Source of the DNA: Thermoplasmatota archaeon | Lineage (GTDB): Archaea > Thermoplasmatota > Penumbrarchaeia > Penumbrarchaeales > Penumbrarchaeaceae | Length of the DNA: 19,538 bases | Direction of reading: 5' to 3' | NCBI GenBank assembly: GCA_965234725.1 | Contig: CBDDUX010000089.1 | Location: 1-19,538, forward strand | Part shown: piece after piece, positions 1 through 8,570 of the stretch | Layout of the letters: each line of letters opens with the position of its first letter | How positions within the stretch are numbered: the first letter of the stretch is position 1 | Position numbers and translations under genes: made by a program | The notes under the pieces: model-generated | The model's input: the letters and a program-made list of their open reading frames with translations, nothing else | Databases searched by the model: none | What the model was told of the DNA's origin: nothing

Positions 1-125
1 CATAAATAAAAGTTAACGACGGGCACATTTTTTATTTAACTGTCAAAGCTAGGTTTCAATAAATGTCCTTGACCACTTCCAGGCAAGGCCAGGAAGCAGT
101 CCATGACAGGTAGATATCCTCTTAC

Positions 126-140
126 TTTATATATATAAAA
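126..140 (-). promoter_or_regulatory. Archaeal TATA box for a leftward transcript
   Basis: Minus strand reads TTTTATATATATAAA, about 20-30 nt upstream of a structured region at 40-109. A possible minus-strand ATG lies at 3..1. Confidence 0.5.
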
Positions 141-219
141 ATTAGAACCAAATTTGAACTATTACTTAAACCTGCTCGGTAACCCACCTATCAGGGTCCA
201 TCCGAACGATCAACTTTTA

Positions 220-1368
220 TCATCTGCGTGAGGTCATTTTTAACGTCAGCACCGCAAGGAAGAGGAATCCCACGGCGAACAAAACCAGCATCATGAGGTC
301 GAACCAAATATCGAAAACACCCCATCCTCTGAGAAGGACCGACCTCAGACCATCGACAGCATAGGTCACAGGGACGAAATAGGAGACCGGTCTCAGCCAG
401 GAAGGCATTGCTTCTATGGGCCAGAATACGCCTGATAGAAGGAATCCAGGCAGTACAATCAAAGGAAAGAACTGAATCGCCTGTGATTCCCTTTTCGCAA
501 GTGATGAGAGAAGTATACCTAGACAAACACTGACCACAGCCAGTATGGATGCGATAAGGAATGCAAGAAGTGGATTGCCTTCCACCATTATTCCGAATAC
601 AAGTATAGCCAGGACCATTAGAATACCAACCTGGACCATACCTATGATGCTGAAGGAGATCGCATACCCCACAACGATCTCTCCCTCCGTAACAGAGCTT
701 GCAAGGAGCCTTTGGAGGGTTCCCCGGGTCCTCTCCCCAACGAACGATATCAGTGTAAGGATAGTTGTAAGAAGGAATACAACGAATCCCATTATCCCGG
801 GGACGAACATGTCCAAGAACCTAGCCCCTTTTCCGTAGATGGGATCGGATGTGTCGACCTTTACAGGATTTTGGAATCCATTGCTTTCCGTGGTCTTCGC
901 CATGGCTTCCATTACCTCCGAGATCACTTCTTGTGAGATCGTCACCTGGCTCTGGTCGGACCTTACAATAATGGATGATGTCTGGCCTGTCATCTCCCCC
1001 TTGGAGAATGAAAGAAGGTCAATTGTGAAGTTCTCAGGGAATATTATAACCGAATTCGCGTTCCCTTTTTCAACCTCTTTTACTGCATAGTCCATATCTG
1101 TGGACTGTTTGATTATCAACTTGTCCTTATCAATGTTCTCAACGACCATATCGGAAAGGGTAACAGTAACATTTGATCCGGGTAGGTTCCCACCCTGATC
1201 AAGGTTCACGATGATCACATCAACATCTTCCACCTCTCCACTGAAGGCCATGCCGAAAATGAACATGGCCATGATGGGTGCGATTATGATCAGGGCAAGG
1301 CTTCGCCTGTCGTGTTTCAACGACCAGAATAATTTACGGGAAACTATCAATGTCCTTCTTATTTTCAT
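220..1368 (-). CDS. ABC-2 type exporter permease (YbhS/YhhJ-like)
   Basis: N-terminal TM, extracellular domain (VNLDQG...AVKEVEKG...IIFPENF), C-terminal TMs with GERTRGTLQRLLAS and LSGVFWPIEAMPSWL motifs. Overlaps the upstream ATPase stop. Confidence 0.93.
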   Translation of the reverse strand: MKIRRTLIVSRKLFWSLKHDRRSLALIIIAPIMAMFIFGMAFSGEVEDVDVIIVNLDQGGNLPGSNVTVTLSDMVVENIDKDKLIIKQSTDMDYAVKEVEKGNANSVIIFPENFTIDLLSFSKGEMTGQTSSIIVRSDQSQVTISQEVISEVMEAMAKTTESNGFQNPVKVDTSDPIYGKGARFLDMFVPGIMGFVVFLLTTILTLISFVGERTRGTLQRLLASSVTEGEIVVGYAISFSIIGMVQVGILMVLAILVFGIMVEGNPLLAFLIASILAVVSVCLGILLSSLAKRESQAIQFFPLIVLPGFLLSGVFWPIEAMPSWLRPVSYFVPVTYAVDGLRSVLLRGWGVFDIWFDLMMLVLFAVGFLFLAVLTLKMTSRR

Positions 1369-2090
1369 CAGGCCTTGCCCCCTTGAACGATCTTCATGAA
1401 CGCATCTTCCAGGTTCTCCATACCGGTCCTTTTCATGATTTCCGAGGGAGTTCCTTCGGCTATCAGCCTGCCCTCTCTCATCAACCCCACAAGGTCGCAG
1501 TTCCTGGCCTCATCCATATAATGCGTTGACATGATTATGGTCACCCCCTTCTTCTTCAGACCGTGAAACGTCTTCCAGAAACTTGCCCTGAGCGGTGGGT
1601 CCACTCCAACGGTAGGTTCGTCCAGGAATAGAAGTTCCGGTTCATGGATCATTGAAGCCGCAAGAGAGACCCTGTGCCTTTGACCTCCGCTCAGGTCCGA
1701 AAGGGGGAAATCCCTCCTTTTAAAGAGGTCAACCATGTCAAGGACCTCTTTCTCTCTTCTGATGAACCGTTCTTTTGACAGACCGTATATCCCCCCAAAG
1801 AGCTTCAGGTTGTCATGAACCGTCAGGTCTTCATATAGGGCAGTTTCCTGGGGCATGTATCCGATCCTTGTAAGGTACGACCGGTCCTTGATATCTTTAC
1901 CAAGAACACTGGCAGATCCTGCGTCCGGTTTCAATAAACCGCAGAGGACCTTGATCGTGGTCGTCTTCCCAGACCCATTGGGCCCCAACAACCCGAAAAC
2001 CGTTCCTTTTGGAACAGAAAGGTCCAATCCGTCGATCGCTATGACCTTTCCATAATGTTTCTTGAGTCCATTGACCTTAACAGCATCCAT
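1368..2090 (-). CDS. ABC exporter ATP-binding protein (CcmA/DrrA-like)
   Basis: Walker A GPNGSGKTT, signature LSGGQ, Walker B LFLDEPT, H-loop STHYMDEA. Confidence 0.96.
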   Translation of the reverse strand: MDAVKVNGLKKHYGKVIAIDGLDLSVPKGTVFGLLGPNGSGKTTTIKVLCGLLKPDAGSASVLGKDIKDRSYLTRIGYMPQETALYEDLTVHDNLKLFGGIYGLSKERFIRREKEVLDMVDLFKRRDFPLSDLSGGQRHRVSLAASMIHEPELLFLDEPTVGVDPPLRASFWKTFHGLKKKGVTIIMSTHYMDEARNCDLVGLMREGRLIAEGTPSEIMKRTGMENLEDAFMKIVQGGKA

Positions 2091-2684
2091 TTAATTTTCC
2101 CCCCTCTTTAATACACCATTCAAAAAGATCGATATGGCTTCCTTCAGCCTTCTATCATCCACTTCATGGAACGGATCGGCTCCCATCATCATGGCCATCA
2201 TCTCGCTCCTGATCAAATATGATGCAAGGAACACCCCTGCGGTCTCAATGTCAATATCACAACGTACCCTGTCATTCAGTATCGAATCCAATCTATCGAG
2301 CAGGAATCCTTTCATTAACCCGGGCATCTCGCTTACCTTCTCCCTGACGATATCATTGTTCATGATCTCCCGGTACATGATAGCGTATACACGCTCTCTG
2401 GCCCTGAGATTGCTCCTAATGGAAGATAGTAAGGAGAAGATGTCTTTCTCCAGATTTCCTGTCACTTCCATGGAAACCGATCCCCTCAATCCTTCAATGT
2501 CGAATCCATGGTCGAGGGATTCCGCAAGAAGGTTCTCCTTTGATGAGAAGTTGCGGAAAAGTGTTATTTCGTTAACACCGGCATTATTGGCTATCTCTCG
2601 TGTAGTTGTGGCCTTGAAACCGTTCCGTGAGAAGAGGTCCAGTGATGTTTCGAGTATCTTCTTCTGGGTTTCTGTCCTTTCCAT
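2091..2684 (-). CDS. TetR/AcrR family transcriptional regulator
   Basis: KILETSLDLFSRNGFKATTTREIANNAGVNEITLFRNFSSKENL is a TetR HTH. Start placed at ATG 2684 after a GGTG RBS. Confidence 0.93.
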   Translation of the reverse strand: MERTETQKKILETSLDLFSRNGFKATTTREIANNAGVNEITLFRNFSSKENLLAESLDHGFDIEGLRGSVSMEVTGNLEKDIFSLLSSIRSNLRARERVYAIMYREIMNNDIVREKVSEMPGLMKGFLLDRLDSILNDRVRCDIDIETAGVFLASYLIRSEMMAMMMGADPFHEVDDRRLKEAISIFLNGVLKRGEN

Positions 2685-2698
2685 GTGAACACCTATCA

Positions 2699-2743
2699 AT
2701 GCAAGTAATCACTTACATGCACAAGTGATATTTATCTCTTGTG
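2699..2743. promoter_or_regulatory. Two palindromes at the tetR promoter, likely TetR operators
   Basis: ATGCAAGT-AATC-ACTTACAT (2699-2718) and CACAAGTGATA-TT-TATCTCTTGTG (2720-2743). The second overlaps a TATA-like ATAAATA on the minus strand. Confidence 0.6.
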
Positions 2744-2754
2744 ATTATCTCAAT

Positions 2755-3021
2755 TTTTCCTACTTCGTTGAATACATCCCGGTTGCAGAAGGGTCCGAAT
2801 GTGAGGCCCCGATACAGGAACAGAGAGAAATGACCGTCCCGATCACGAAGGACCTGGAAAAAAGGTTCCCTGGAATATTCATCGCGTTTCCAGGGGATGA
2901 GGAGATATTTTGGGGATGTCTTTCCTCGGGAAGAGGATTCGTTCATATCAATCCCCAGGGAGAGTTGGAACCCTGTCCATTCACCCCATATTCGAATACA
3001 AGCTTGAAGGATGATGCCTAA
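2755..3021 (+). pseudogene. Radical SAM/SPASM-domain protein, internal fragment
   Basis: YFVEYIP...FIAFPGDEE..GCLSSGRGFVHINPQGELEPCPFTPYS matches the SPASM/twitch region of PqqE/SkfB-like radical SAM proteins. No CxxxCxxC N-terminal domain is present. Confidence 0.8.
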
Positions 3022-3059
3022 TTTTCTATTTAGGAAAATAAATTGGATCGAGAGTTGGA

Positions 3060-3119
3060 TATGAAAAAGTAACGAATATTTTATATAGTTATTTATTATA
3101 TTTTCATACTAAGATGAAA
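3060..3119 (+). promoter_or_regulatory. BRE/TATA promoter with inverted repeats, probably leaderless
   Basis: AACGAA followed by TTTATATA (3080-3087), about 27 nt before ATG 3114. TATGAAAA (3060-3067) pairs with TTTTCATA (3101-3108), and TTTCAT-N6-ATGAAA spans 3102-3119. Confidence 0.6.
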
Positions 3120-3968
3120 TGGACATTGAATGGAACTGAAATAGATACACTAAAATTTCTTGTTGACCAAGACAAAGGAGTGTGTATCTCGGCTGTCTCC
3201 AAAGAAATAGATATCTCTCTTCCATGGGCATCGGAATGTGTATCCCACATGAACGAACTGGGATTGATAGATACTTTTAGGAAAGGGAACAGGACGTATG
3301 TGACAATAGCGAAGAACGACCTGGGGTCCACATTCAAGAAGCTGGCGATCGAGAACAGGAATTTGAACTTGAAAAGGACACTTGGGGGATCCTCATTATC
3401 GATACTTCCGTATTTACTTGAGAATGGAATAAAGATGAAAGATGTTTCGAGATGGTCCTCGCTTTCCTACAGGACAGTAATGGACCACATGAACAGATGG
3501 AATAGGATGGGAATTGCCTACCGGAATGAAAGTGGATTTTGTAAGATCAATCCGAGGATGAGGGACCTCATTACATTCCTGGACCGTTTCAAAGAACATA
3601 GAGATAGAGCATTACTCGAAGAGATCTCACCGGGAGCAGTGATCATGTGGCAAAGGTGGGAAGAGGTCCTCTTCTCAAGCAATGTACCGATCGAACAGGA
3701 CCATATCTATCTTGCAGGTCCTACAAGACTTTCAACAATGGGATTTGACATCAATGCTGGAAGGAATTATTTCATGTTCAGCAGAAGGTTGGATTCAATA
3801 TCGGTAGAGGAGGCCATTGTCCAGTCAATACTTATAGATCCGGTCAACCCCCGTCCAATTAGTATTTTTAAGAAAGCCATGGCTTCCAATGAATTGAACA
3901 GGAAGATCATTCTTGGACTTGCAGAGAAGTACGGGATGGAGATTGATCTGGAAAAGATGGTGGTTTGA
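3114..3968 (+). CDS. Tandem winged-helix (MarR/ArsR-like) DNA-binding protein, putative antitoxin/regulator
   Basis: First HTH is ISAVSKEIDISLPWASECVSHMNELGLI plus wing; second is MKDVSRWSSLSYRTVMDHMNRWNRMGI. C-terminal domain follows. Abuts the nucleotidyltransferase gene. Confidence 0.8.
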   Translation: MKWTLNGTEIDTLKFLVDQDKGVCISAVSKEIDISLPWASECVSHMNELGLIDTFRKGNRTYVTIAKNDLGSTFKKLAIENRNLNLKRTLGGSSLSILPYLLENGIKMKDVSRWSSLSYRTVMDHMNRWNRMGIAYRNESGFCKINPRMRDLITFLDRFKEHRDRALLEEISPGAVIMWQRWEEVLFSSNVPIEQDHIYLAGPTRLSTMGFDINAGRNYFMFSRRLDSISVEEAIVQSILIDPVNPRPISIFKKAMASNELNRKIILGLAEKYGMEIDLEKMVV

Positions 3969-4781
3969 TTGGCCGAGGTGGGAAAGTTCCAAAATGATCA
4001 CTTAATTCAAAAATTGGAAGATATATCTGAATTACTTGATCGACCTGTAAGTGCATATCTCATCGGTGGTCTGGCGATGGGAACCTATGGATTGAAGGAG
4101 ACCACAAAGGATGTTGACCTTGTTTTCAAAACCACCAATGACGCTGAAACATTTATTAGGACAATTAGAAAGAGCGGGTATCTACGTAAGAATATCTTGG
4201 ATGACATATATTCGAACTTGGGAGCAGATGGTATTTTCACATCCAAATCGGGCCATAGCTTCGATATCTTCATTAAACAGGTTTGCAGGGGATTATCCCT
4301 TACCGATGGGATTATCAGAAGGTCTAATTTCTTTTCTATAGAAGGAAAACTGGACCTGCACACAGCATCACCGGAAGATATCTTTCTTTTTAAAGGGATA
4401 ACACCAAGACCACAAGACCTTGATGACATGTTCATATTGCTCCAAAGGGACCTGAATTGGGATATTATTCTGGATGAGATAAACGAGCAACCCGATCACT
4501 TTCGCTGGATCGGGGACCTATTCATGAGAACAGGTGAACTTGAAGAGAAATTCAATGTAAGCATACCATTTAGGAACGAAATAGCCGAAGAGGCCGAATT
4601 ATCCATTGTAATATGCTCAATACTTGAGATACTATCAACCAGAATCCTTTCCCTGGAAGAACTCCAAGTTATTGTTGAAGAAAATGAGGTCGAGATGACC
4701 GAAAAAGCAGTTGAAAGACTTATTGGGATGGGTAGAGTAGAAGTGAAGGAAGGATACATTTCCATGATAACTGATCGATGA
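3969..4781 (+). CDS. DUF6036/AbiEii-like nucleotidyltransferase (Pol-beta superfamily) with C-terminal wHTH
   Basis: YLIGGLAM...TTKDVDLV (GG and DxD motifs), DIF, and SPEDIFLFK...RPQDLDD. TTG start directly after the upstream TGA with a GATGGTGG RBS. Confidence 0.82.
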   Translation: MAEVGKFQNDHLIQKLEDISELLDRPVSAYLIGGLAMGTYGLKETTKDVDLVFKTTNDAETFIRTIRKSGYLRKNILDDIYSNLGADGIFTSKSGHSFDIFIKQVCRGLSLTDGIIRRSNFFSIEGKLDLHTASPEDIFLFKGITPRPQDLDDMFILLQRDLNWDIILDEINEQPDHFRWIGDLFMRTGELEEKFNVSIPFRNEIAEEAELSIVICSILEILSTRILSLEELQVIVEENEVEMTEKAVERLIGMGRVEVKEGYISMITDR

Positions 4782-4810
4782 TGTTGAATGAATGAAATCC
4801 ACCTTAATAA

Positions 4811-4945
4811 GAACCCCTCACGGGATCCGGACTGCTGAAGGATATAAGGGAGAACCACCACATGCTTGAGGAGACCTCCGGTGGTTGTGCTCTTTGGAGG
4901 AATCGGACGTGGATCCAGGGATCGATGAAAGATAATTCAAATTAG
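4811..4945 (+). pseudogene. C-terminal fragment of the same radical SAM protein
   Basis: My translation is EPLTGSGLLKDIRENHHMLEETSGGCALWRNRTWIQGSMKDNSN*. IRENH...GGCALW.NR.W is, from memory, the C-terminus following EPCPF.PYS in this family. Confidence 0.7.
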
Positions 4946-4965
4946 TTATTTTGAAATAACTAATT
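4940..4965. repeat. Perfect 12-bp inverted repeat between convergent genes
   Basis: AATTAGTTATTT-TG-AAATAACTAATT. Confidence 0.75.
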
Positions 4966-5008
4966 AAAATATTTTCTCACATTTTTCATTAATTATATAA
5001 AATGAATA

Positions 5009-5986
5009 TTATCTTCTCTTTCTGTAAATTATAAAAACAATAAAACTGCCAAGGAGTAATATTGGGATCAGAATCGTTATGAAACAGCAAACATCCTCCA
5101 GCCATTTACCTTCGGTCACATCCACCTCCTCATCAACACCATCATAGACAATGTATGTGTCCTCCTTCCACCAGTCCTCCAGATGGATATCGACGATGAG
5201 GTTCCCCTCTCCATCCTCAGATCTCTTCAGATCGAATCCTTCTGGAGGGGTGTGATAACCAGAACCGGAGGTAGATATCCATTCTCTTCCCACAATGACC
5301 CTGATATTCGGAGAGTTGAAATTATCATGATGTGAATGAAACTTCAACCGGAAACTGTCAATGGGTTCGGGCCAAGAGCTATTAGAGAATACGAGGTAAG
5401 AATTGCCCCAGTCAGTTATCTTGGTCTTGTAGTATTCATCATAACCAAATGGTATAGGGTTAGGACCCATTGAAGATTCTTCATATTGGATCACATAGGG
5501 ATCGGTACTCCAGGTAACATTCATGATCACTGATGAATTTCCACCTACACTTACATTCAGGGTCTTGACGGGATATGGTTCCTCGTTGAAATACCATAAA
5601 AACGATCTATCCTCTTCGATCCACCGATAGTAATCATCCTCCAGATAGATCTCATTCAAAAAAACCTCCGCCCCGTCAAGTTCGATCCTGCAGTTATCGG
5701 CATAATAACTCGGATCGAAGAATATGCTCAGGTCCTCTGTTTCATTTCCGGGATTGAAAAACATGTAGTATCCTTTCCCATCGGCCCTATCCTCGTAGAG
5801 ATCAATGCTGATATTTACTTCTTTGAGAAAGGTCATGTGGTCATCGGATTCAAGGATGCCTTGAGAGCTAACGAGATTGTTATCGGAAATTATAGAAAAA
5901 TTTCCCGAGACCATAGGAACAAAGAGAAATGAAATTACCAGCCAGAAGGCCATACCACCGATCCGTCGAAATCCTCTTCTCGACAT
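5009..5986 (-). CDS. Exported, C-terminally membrane-anchored hypothetical protein (N-terminus weakly DUF4424-like)
   Basis: Signal peptide MSRRGFRR...VPMVSG, acidic/aromatic beta-rich body, C-terminal TM and YRKRR tail. Start placed at 5986 after GAGG; 5995 is the alternative. Confidence 0.75.
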   Translation of the reverse strand: MSRRGFRRIGGMAFWLVISFLFVPMVSGNFSIISDNNLVSSQGILESDDHMTFLKEVNISIDLYEDRADGKGYYMFFNPGNETEDLSIFFDPSYYADNCRIELDGAEVFLNEIYLEDDYYRWIEEDRSFLWYFNEEPYPVKTLNVSVGGNSSVIMNVTWSTDPYVIQYEESSMGPNPIPFGYDEYYKTKITDWGNSYLVFSNSSWPEPIDSFRLKFHSHHDNFNSPNIRVIVGREWISTSGSGYHTPPEGFDLKRSEDGEGNLIVDIHLEDWWKEDTYIVYDGVDEEVDVTEGKWLEDVCCFITILIPILLLGSFIVFIIYRKRR

Positions 5987-6070
5987 AATCCTCATTCATC
6001 TATTATCACTTCACTATTTAACCCGACCCTCTACATGTAGTAAAATCATGAATTCAAATCGATTTCCTGC

Positions 6071-6736
6071 CTACAATTTCTCAGTAACAAAGGCCCAGCA
6101 GTAATACTTCTCATCGTTTTCCGGATCAATGGATCCGACAAATAACAGCCATGCGATCTTCTTTAATCCAACCTCACCAAGGACCTTCTCAACATGCTCC
6201 CTTCCGTGATGGACAACGTCCCTACCCCATCTCGTGTGATGCATCGTAGGACCTCCAACAGGTCCTCCGTTGCTGTCAGCCATAACAGTAAATGTGAATT
6301 TTCCCCCGGTTTTCAGGATCCTTCCAACCTCCTCAAAGATGCCTCTGATATCCTTGAAGAAATGGAGGACCCCAACAGAAATGACATGGTCGTAAGCTCC
6401 ATCTCCGTAAGGATACGGGACCTCGGTCATATCGTGAACAATCAGGTCCCTGGTAATATCCTTCCTCCTGCACTGGTCCAACATCGATTCGGAAAGGTCC
6501 ATACCGTCTATGGTCACTCCAAGGTCCTTGAACCGATACGAACCCAGGCCTGTCCCAATTCCAATATCGAGCATGACCTGCCCCTTCTTAATATTAGAAT
6601 AGAGAAGTCCGAATACAGCATCATCTCCGAAACACTGGAAATTCTCAGTCATGGAATCGTAATCAACAGAGAAGTCCTCATCATCCATACAGAGGGATCG
6701 GTCCAACAATTGATAATCCTTATCCTGCAGGTTCAT
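6071..6736 (-). CDS. Class I SAM-dependent methyltransferase
   Basis: MLDIGIGTG motif I, GMDLSESML, YDHVISVGVLHF, RILKTGGKF. ATGA overlap with the ATPase. Confidence 0.92.
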   Translation of the reverse strand: MNLQDKDYQLLDRSLCMDDEDFSVDYDSMTENFQCFGDDAVFGLLYSNIKKGQVMLDIGIGTGLGSYRFKDLGVTIDGMDLSESMLDQCRRKDITRDLIVHDMTEVPYPYGDGAYDHVISVGVLHFFKDIRGIFEEVGRILKTGGKFTFTVMADSNGGPVGGPTMHHTRWGRDVVHHGREHVEKVLGEVGLKKIAWLLFVGSIDPENDEKYYCWAFVTEKL

Positions 6737-7497
6737 CTCCGGGACATTGGAATGAACACTTTCTCCCTGCCCTCACCGAGGACCTTGGCTTTGATATCAT
6801 AAACCTCTTCAAGGACCTTTCTGGAAAGTGCTTCCGAATCCCCTTTTGCCACGACCTTTCCGGCTTTCAAAAGAACGAACCGATCACAGTATCTTAGAGC
6901 TAGGTTCAGGTCGTGGACGGCCATTACTGCAAGTATTCCCTTGCCTGTCTGCTTCTTGATAAGCTCCATGACATCTATCTGGTTTGCAAGATCAAGGGAA
7001 GATGTCGGTTCATCCAATAATAGAACATCTGGTTCCTGGGCAACGGCCCTGGCTATGATCACCTTCTGCCTTTGGCCTCCGGATAACGAGTTCAGATCAC
7101 GTGTGGATAACTCCTCAAGATCGAACTCCTTCAATACCTCTGAAACAATGTCCAGATCCTTCCCGATCGGGGCCCAGGAACCATGGGGGATCCTTCCCAT
7201 AAGGACCGTTTCAAAAACAGTCTTTGGAAAGAGGTTCATTGATGATTGTGGAACATATCCGATCCTCCGTGCAGTTTCTCTCCTCTTCATAGAGGACAGG
7301 TCCCTGCCGTCTATGAGGACCTTCCCCTTTCCCGGCCGAAGGATCCTGTCCATGTTCTTCAGGAGAGTGGATTTCCCGGAACCGTTGGGACCGACAAGAC
7401 CTATCAGACTTCCACCCTCCATGTCAAGGTCTATACCGGAAAGGGCATAGGTCCCGTTGTAGGAGAAATGCAGGTCCTTGACCCTGAGGTTCACCAA
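6733..7497 (-). CDS. Metal-chelate ABC importer ATPase (FepC/BtuD-like)
   Basis: GPNGSGKST, YVPQ, LSGGQRQ, LLLDEPTSSLD, HDLNLA. Confidence 0.95.
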   Translation of the reverse strand: MVNLRVKDLHFSYNGTYALSGIDLDMEGGSLIGLVGPNGSGKSTLLKNMDRILRPGKGKVLIDGRDLSSMKRRETARRIGYVPQSSMNLFPKTVFETVLMGRIPHGSWAPIGKDLDIVSEVLKEFDLEELSTRDLNSLSGGQRQKVIIARAVAQEPDVLLLDEPTSSLDLANQIDVMELIKKQTGKGILAVMAVHDLNLALRYCDRFVLLKAGKVVAKGDSEALSRKVLEEVYDIKAKVLGEGREKVFIPMSRR

Positions 7498-8570
7498 TGT
7501 TCCTTCCCCCTTATGACAAGATAGATGAACAAGGGAGCTCCCAGGAAAGAGGTCAGTATACCCACCGGTAGAACAATGGGAGCAATCACGGTCCTGGCAA
7601 AGGTATCAGAGGCAAGGAGAAGAACAGCACCGAAAAGAGCCGAAGCCGGCATAAGGTATCTCTGGTCCGCACCTATGATCTTCCTGACGATATGTGGGAC
7701 TACCAATCCCACGAATCCGATTATTCCCACAAATGAGATGATGAATGCCGTTACAAGGGAGGCTGCGCCCATACCGACCAATCTGAGCCTTTCCGTGTTC
7801 AAACCGAGACTGCCCGCAGTCTCATCTCCCATATCCATGGCATTGTATCTCCACCCGTTGAATGAGAAATAGACCAATGCAGGGAAGACCACAACGACCA
7901 TGATCAGTATTTCATCCCAACCTGTTCTCCCCATATCACCGAAGGTCCAGAAGATGATAGAGGACAGCTGGACATCATCGGCGAAATATTCCATAGCGGT
8001 AGTCCCGGCTGTTGCAAGTGACCCCATTGCAACACCGGTAAGTATCATAGACTCAGGAGAGGCTCTCTTGAATCTTGCAAGAAGGACTATGACACCGGTC
8101 GATACCAGCGAAGCCGCAAAAGCGCAGATGGATATCAGGTAGATGTTGTCATTTACCACTGCATCGATCATTCCGCTGTGGATAGTACCGGCTCCAAGTA
8201 CGACGATCGCGAAAGCTGCGCCAAAAGCCGCAGCCTGTGATATTCCCAGAGTGACAGGTGAGCCGATAGGATTCCTGAGGACCGACTGCATTGCGGCTCC
8301 GGCTGCGGCAAGACCCGCACCTGCGATCATTGCGGTAACAACCCTCGGAAGCCTTATCCTCCAGATGATGGTCTCTGTGACATCATCACCCTGTCCGATA
8401 AGGCCCTTGAAAGATTCTGAAAGCGTCATATCGGAGGAGCCAACGCTCAAAGATATCAATACGAAAATAAATAGAAGGATCAAAGAAATAAGAAGGAATA
8501 ACCACTTTTTTAAGGCTCCCTTTCGATAGTCATCAAGGGGATCGGATGGATCCTTCTCCCCTTTTTTCAA
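7491..8570 (-). CDS. FecCD/BtuC family ABC permease
   Basis: IRLPRV, MQSVLRNP, GIIGFVGLVVPHIVR, LPVGILTSFLGAPLF. Confidence 0.95.
   Translation of the reverse strand: MKKGEKDPSDPLDDYRKGALKKWLFLLISLILLFIFVLISLSVGSSDMTLSESFKGLIGQGDDVTETIIWRIRLPRVVTAMIAGAGLAAAGAAMQSVLRNPIGSPVTLGISQAAAFGAAFAIVVLGAGTIHSGMIDAVVNDNIYLISICAFAASLVSTGVIVLLARFKRASPESMILTGVAMGSLATAGTTAMEYFADDVQLSSIIFWTFGDMGRTGWDEILIMVVVVFPALVYFSFNGWRYNAMDMGDETAGSLGLNTERLRLVGMGAASLVTAFIISFVGIIGFVGLVVPHIVRKIIGADQRYLMPASALFGAVLLLASDTFARTVIAPIVLPVGILTSFLGAPLFIYLVIRGKEHW

Noticed and set aside
60..110. SRP RNA or a known riboswitch suggested by AGGCCAGGAAGCAG
   Set aside because: The resemblance is superficial, the region is too short, and pairing favours the opposite strand.
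4940..4965. XerA dif site
   Set aside because: The spacer is 2 bp rather than the 11-6-11 layout, and the arms do not resemble archaeal dif sites as I recall them.
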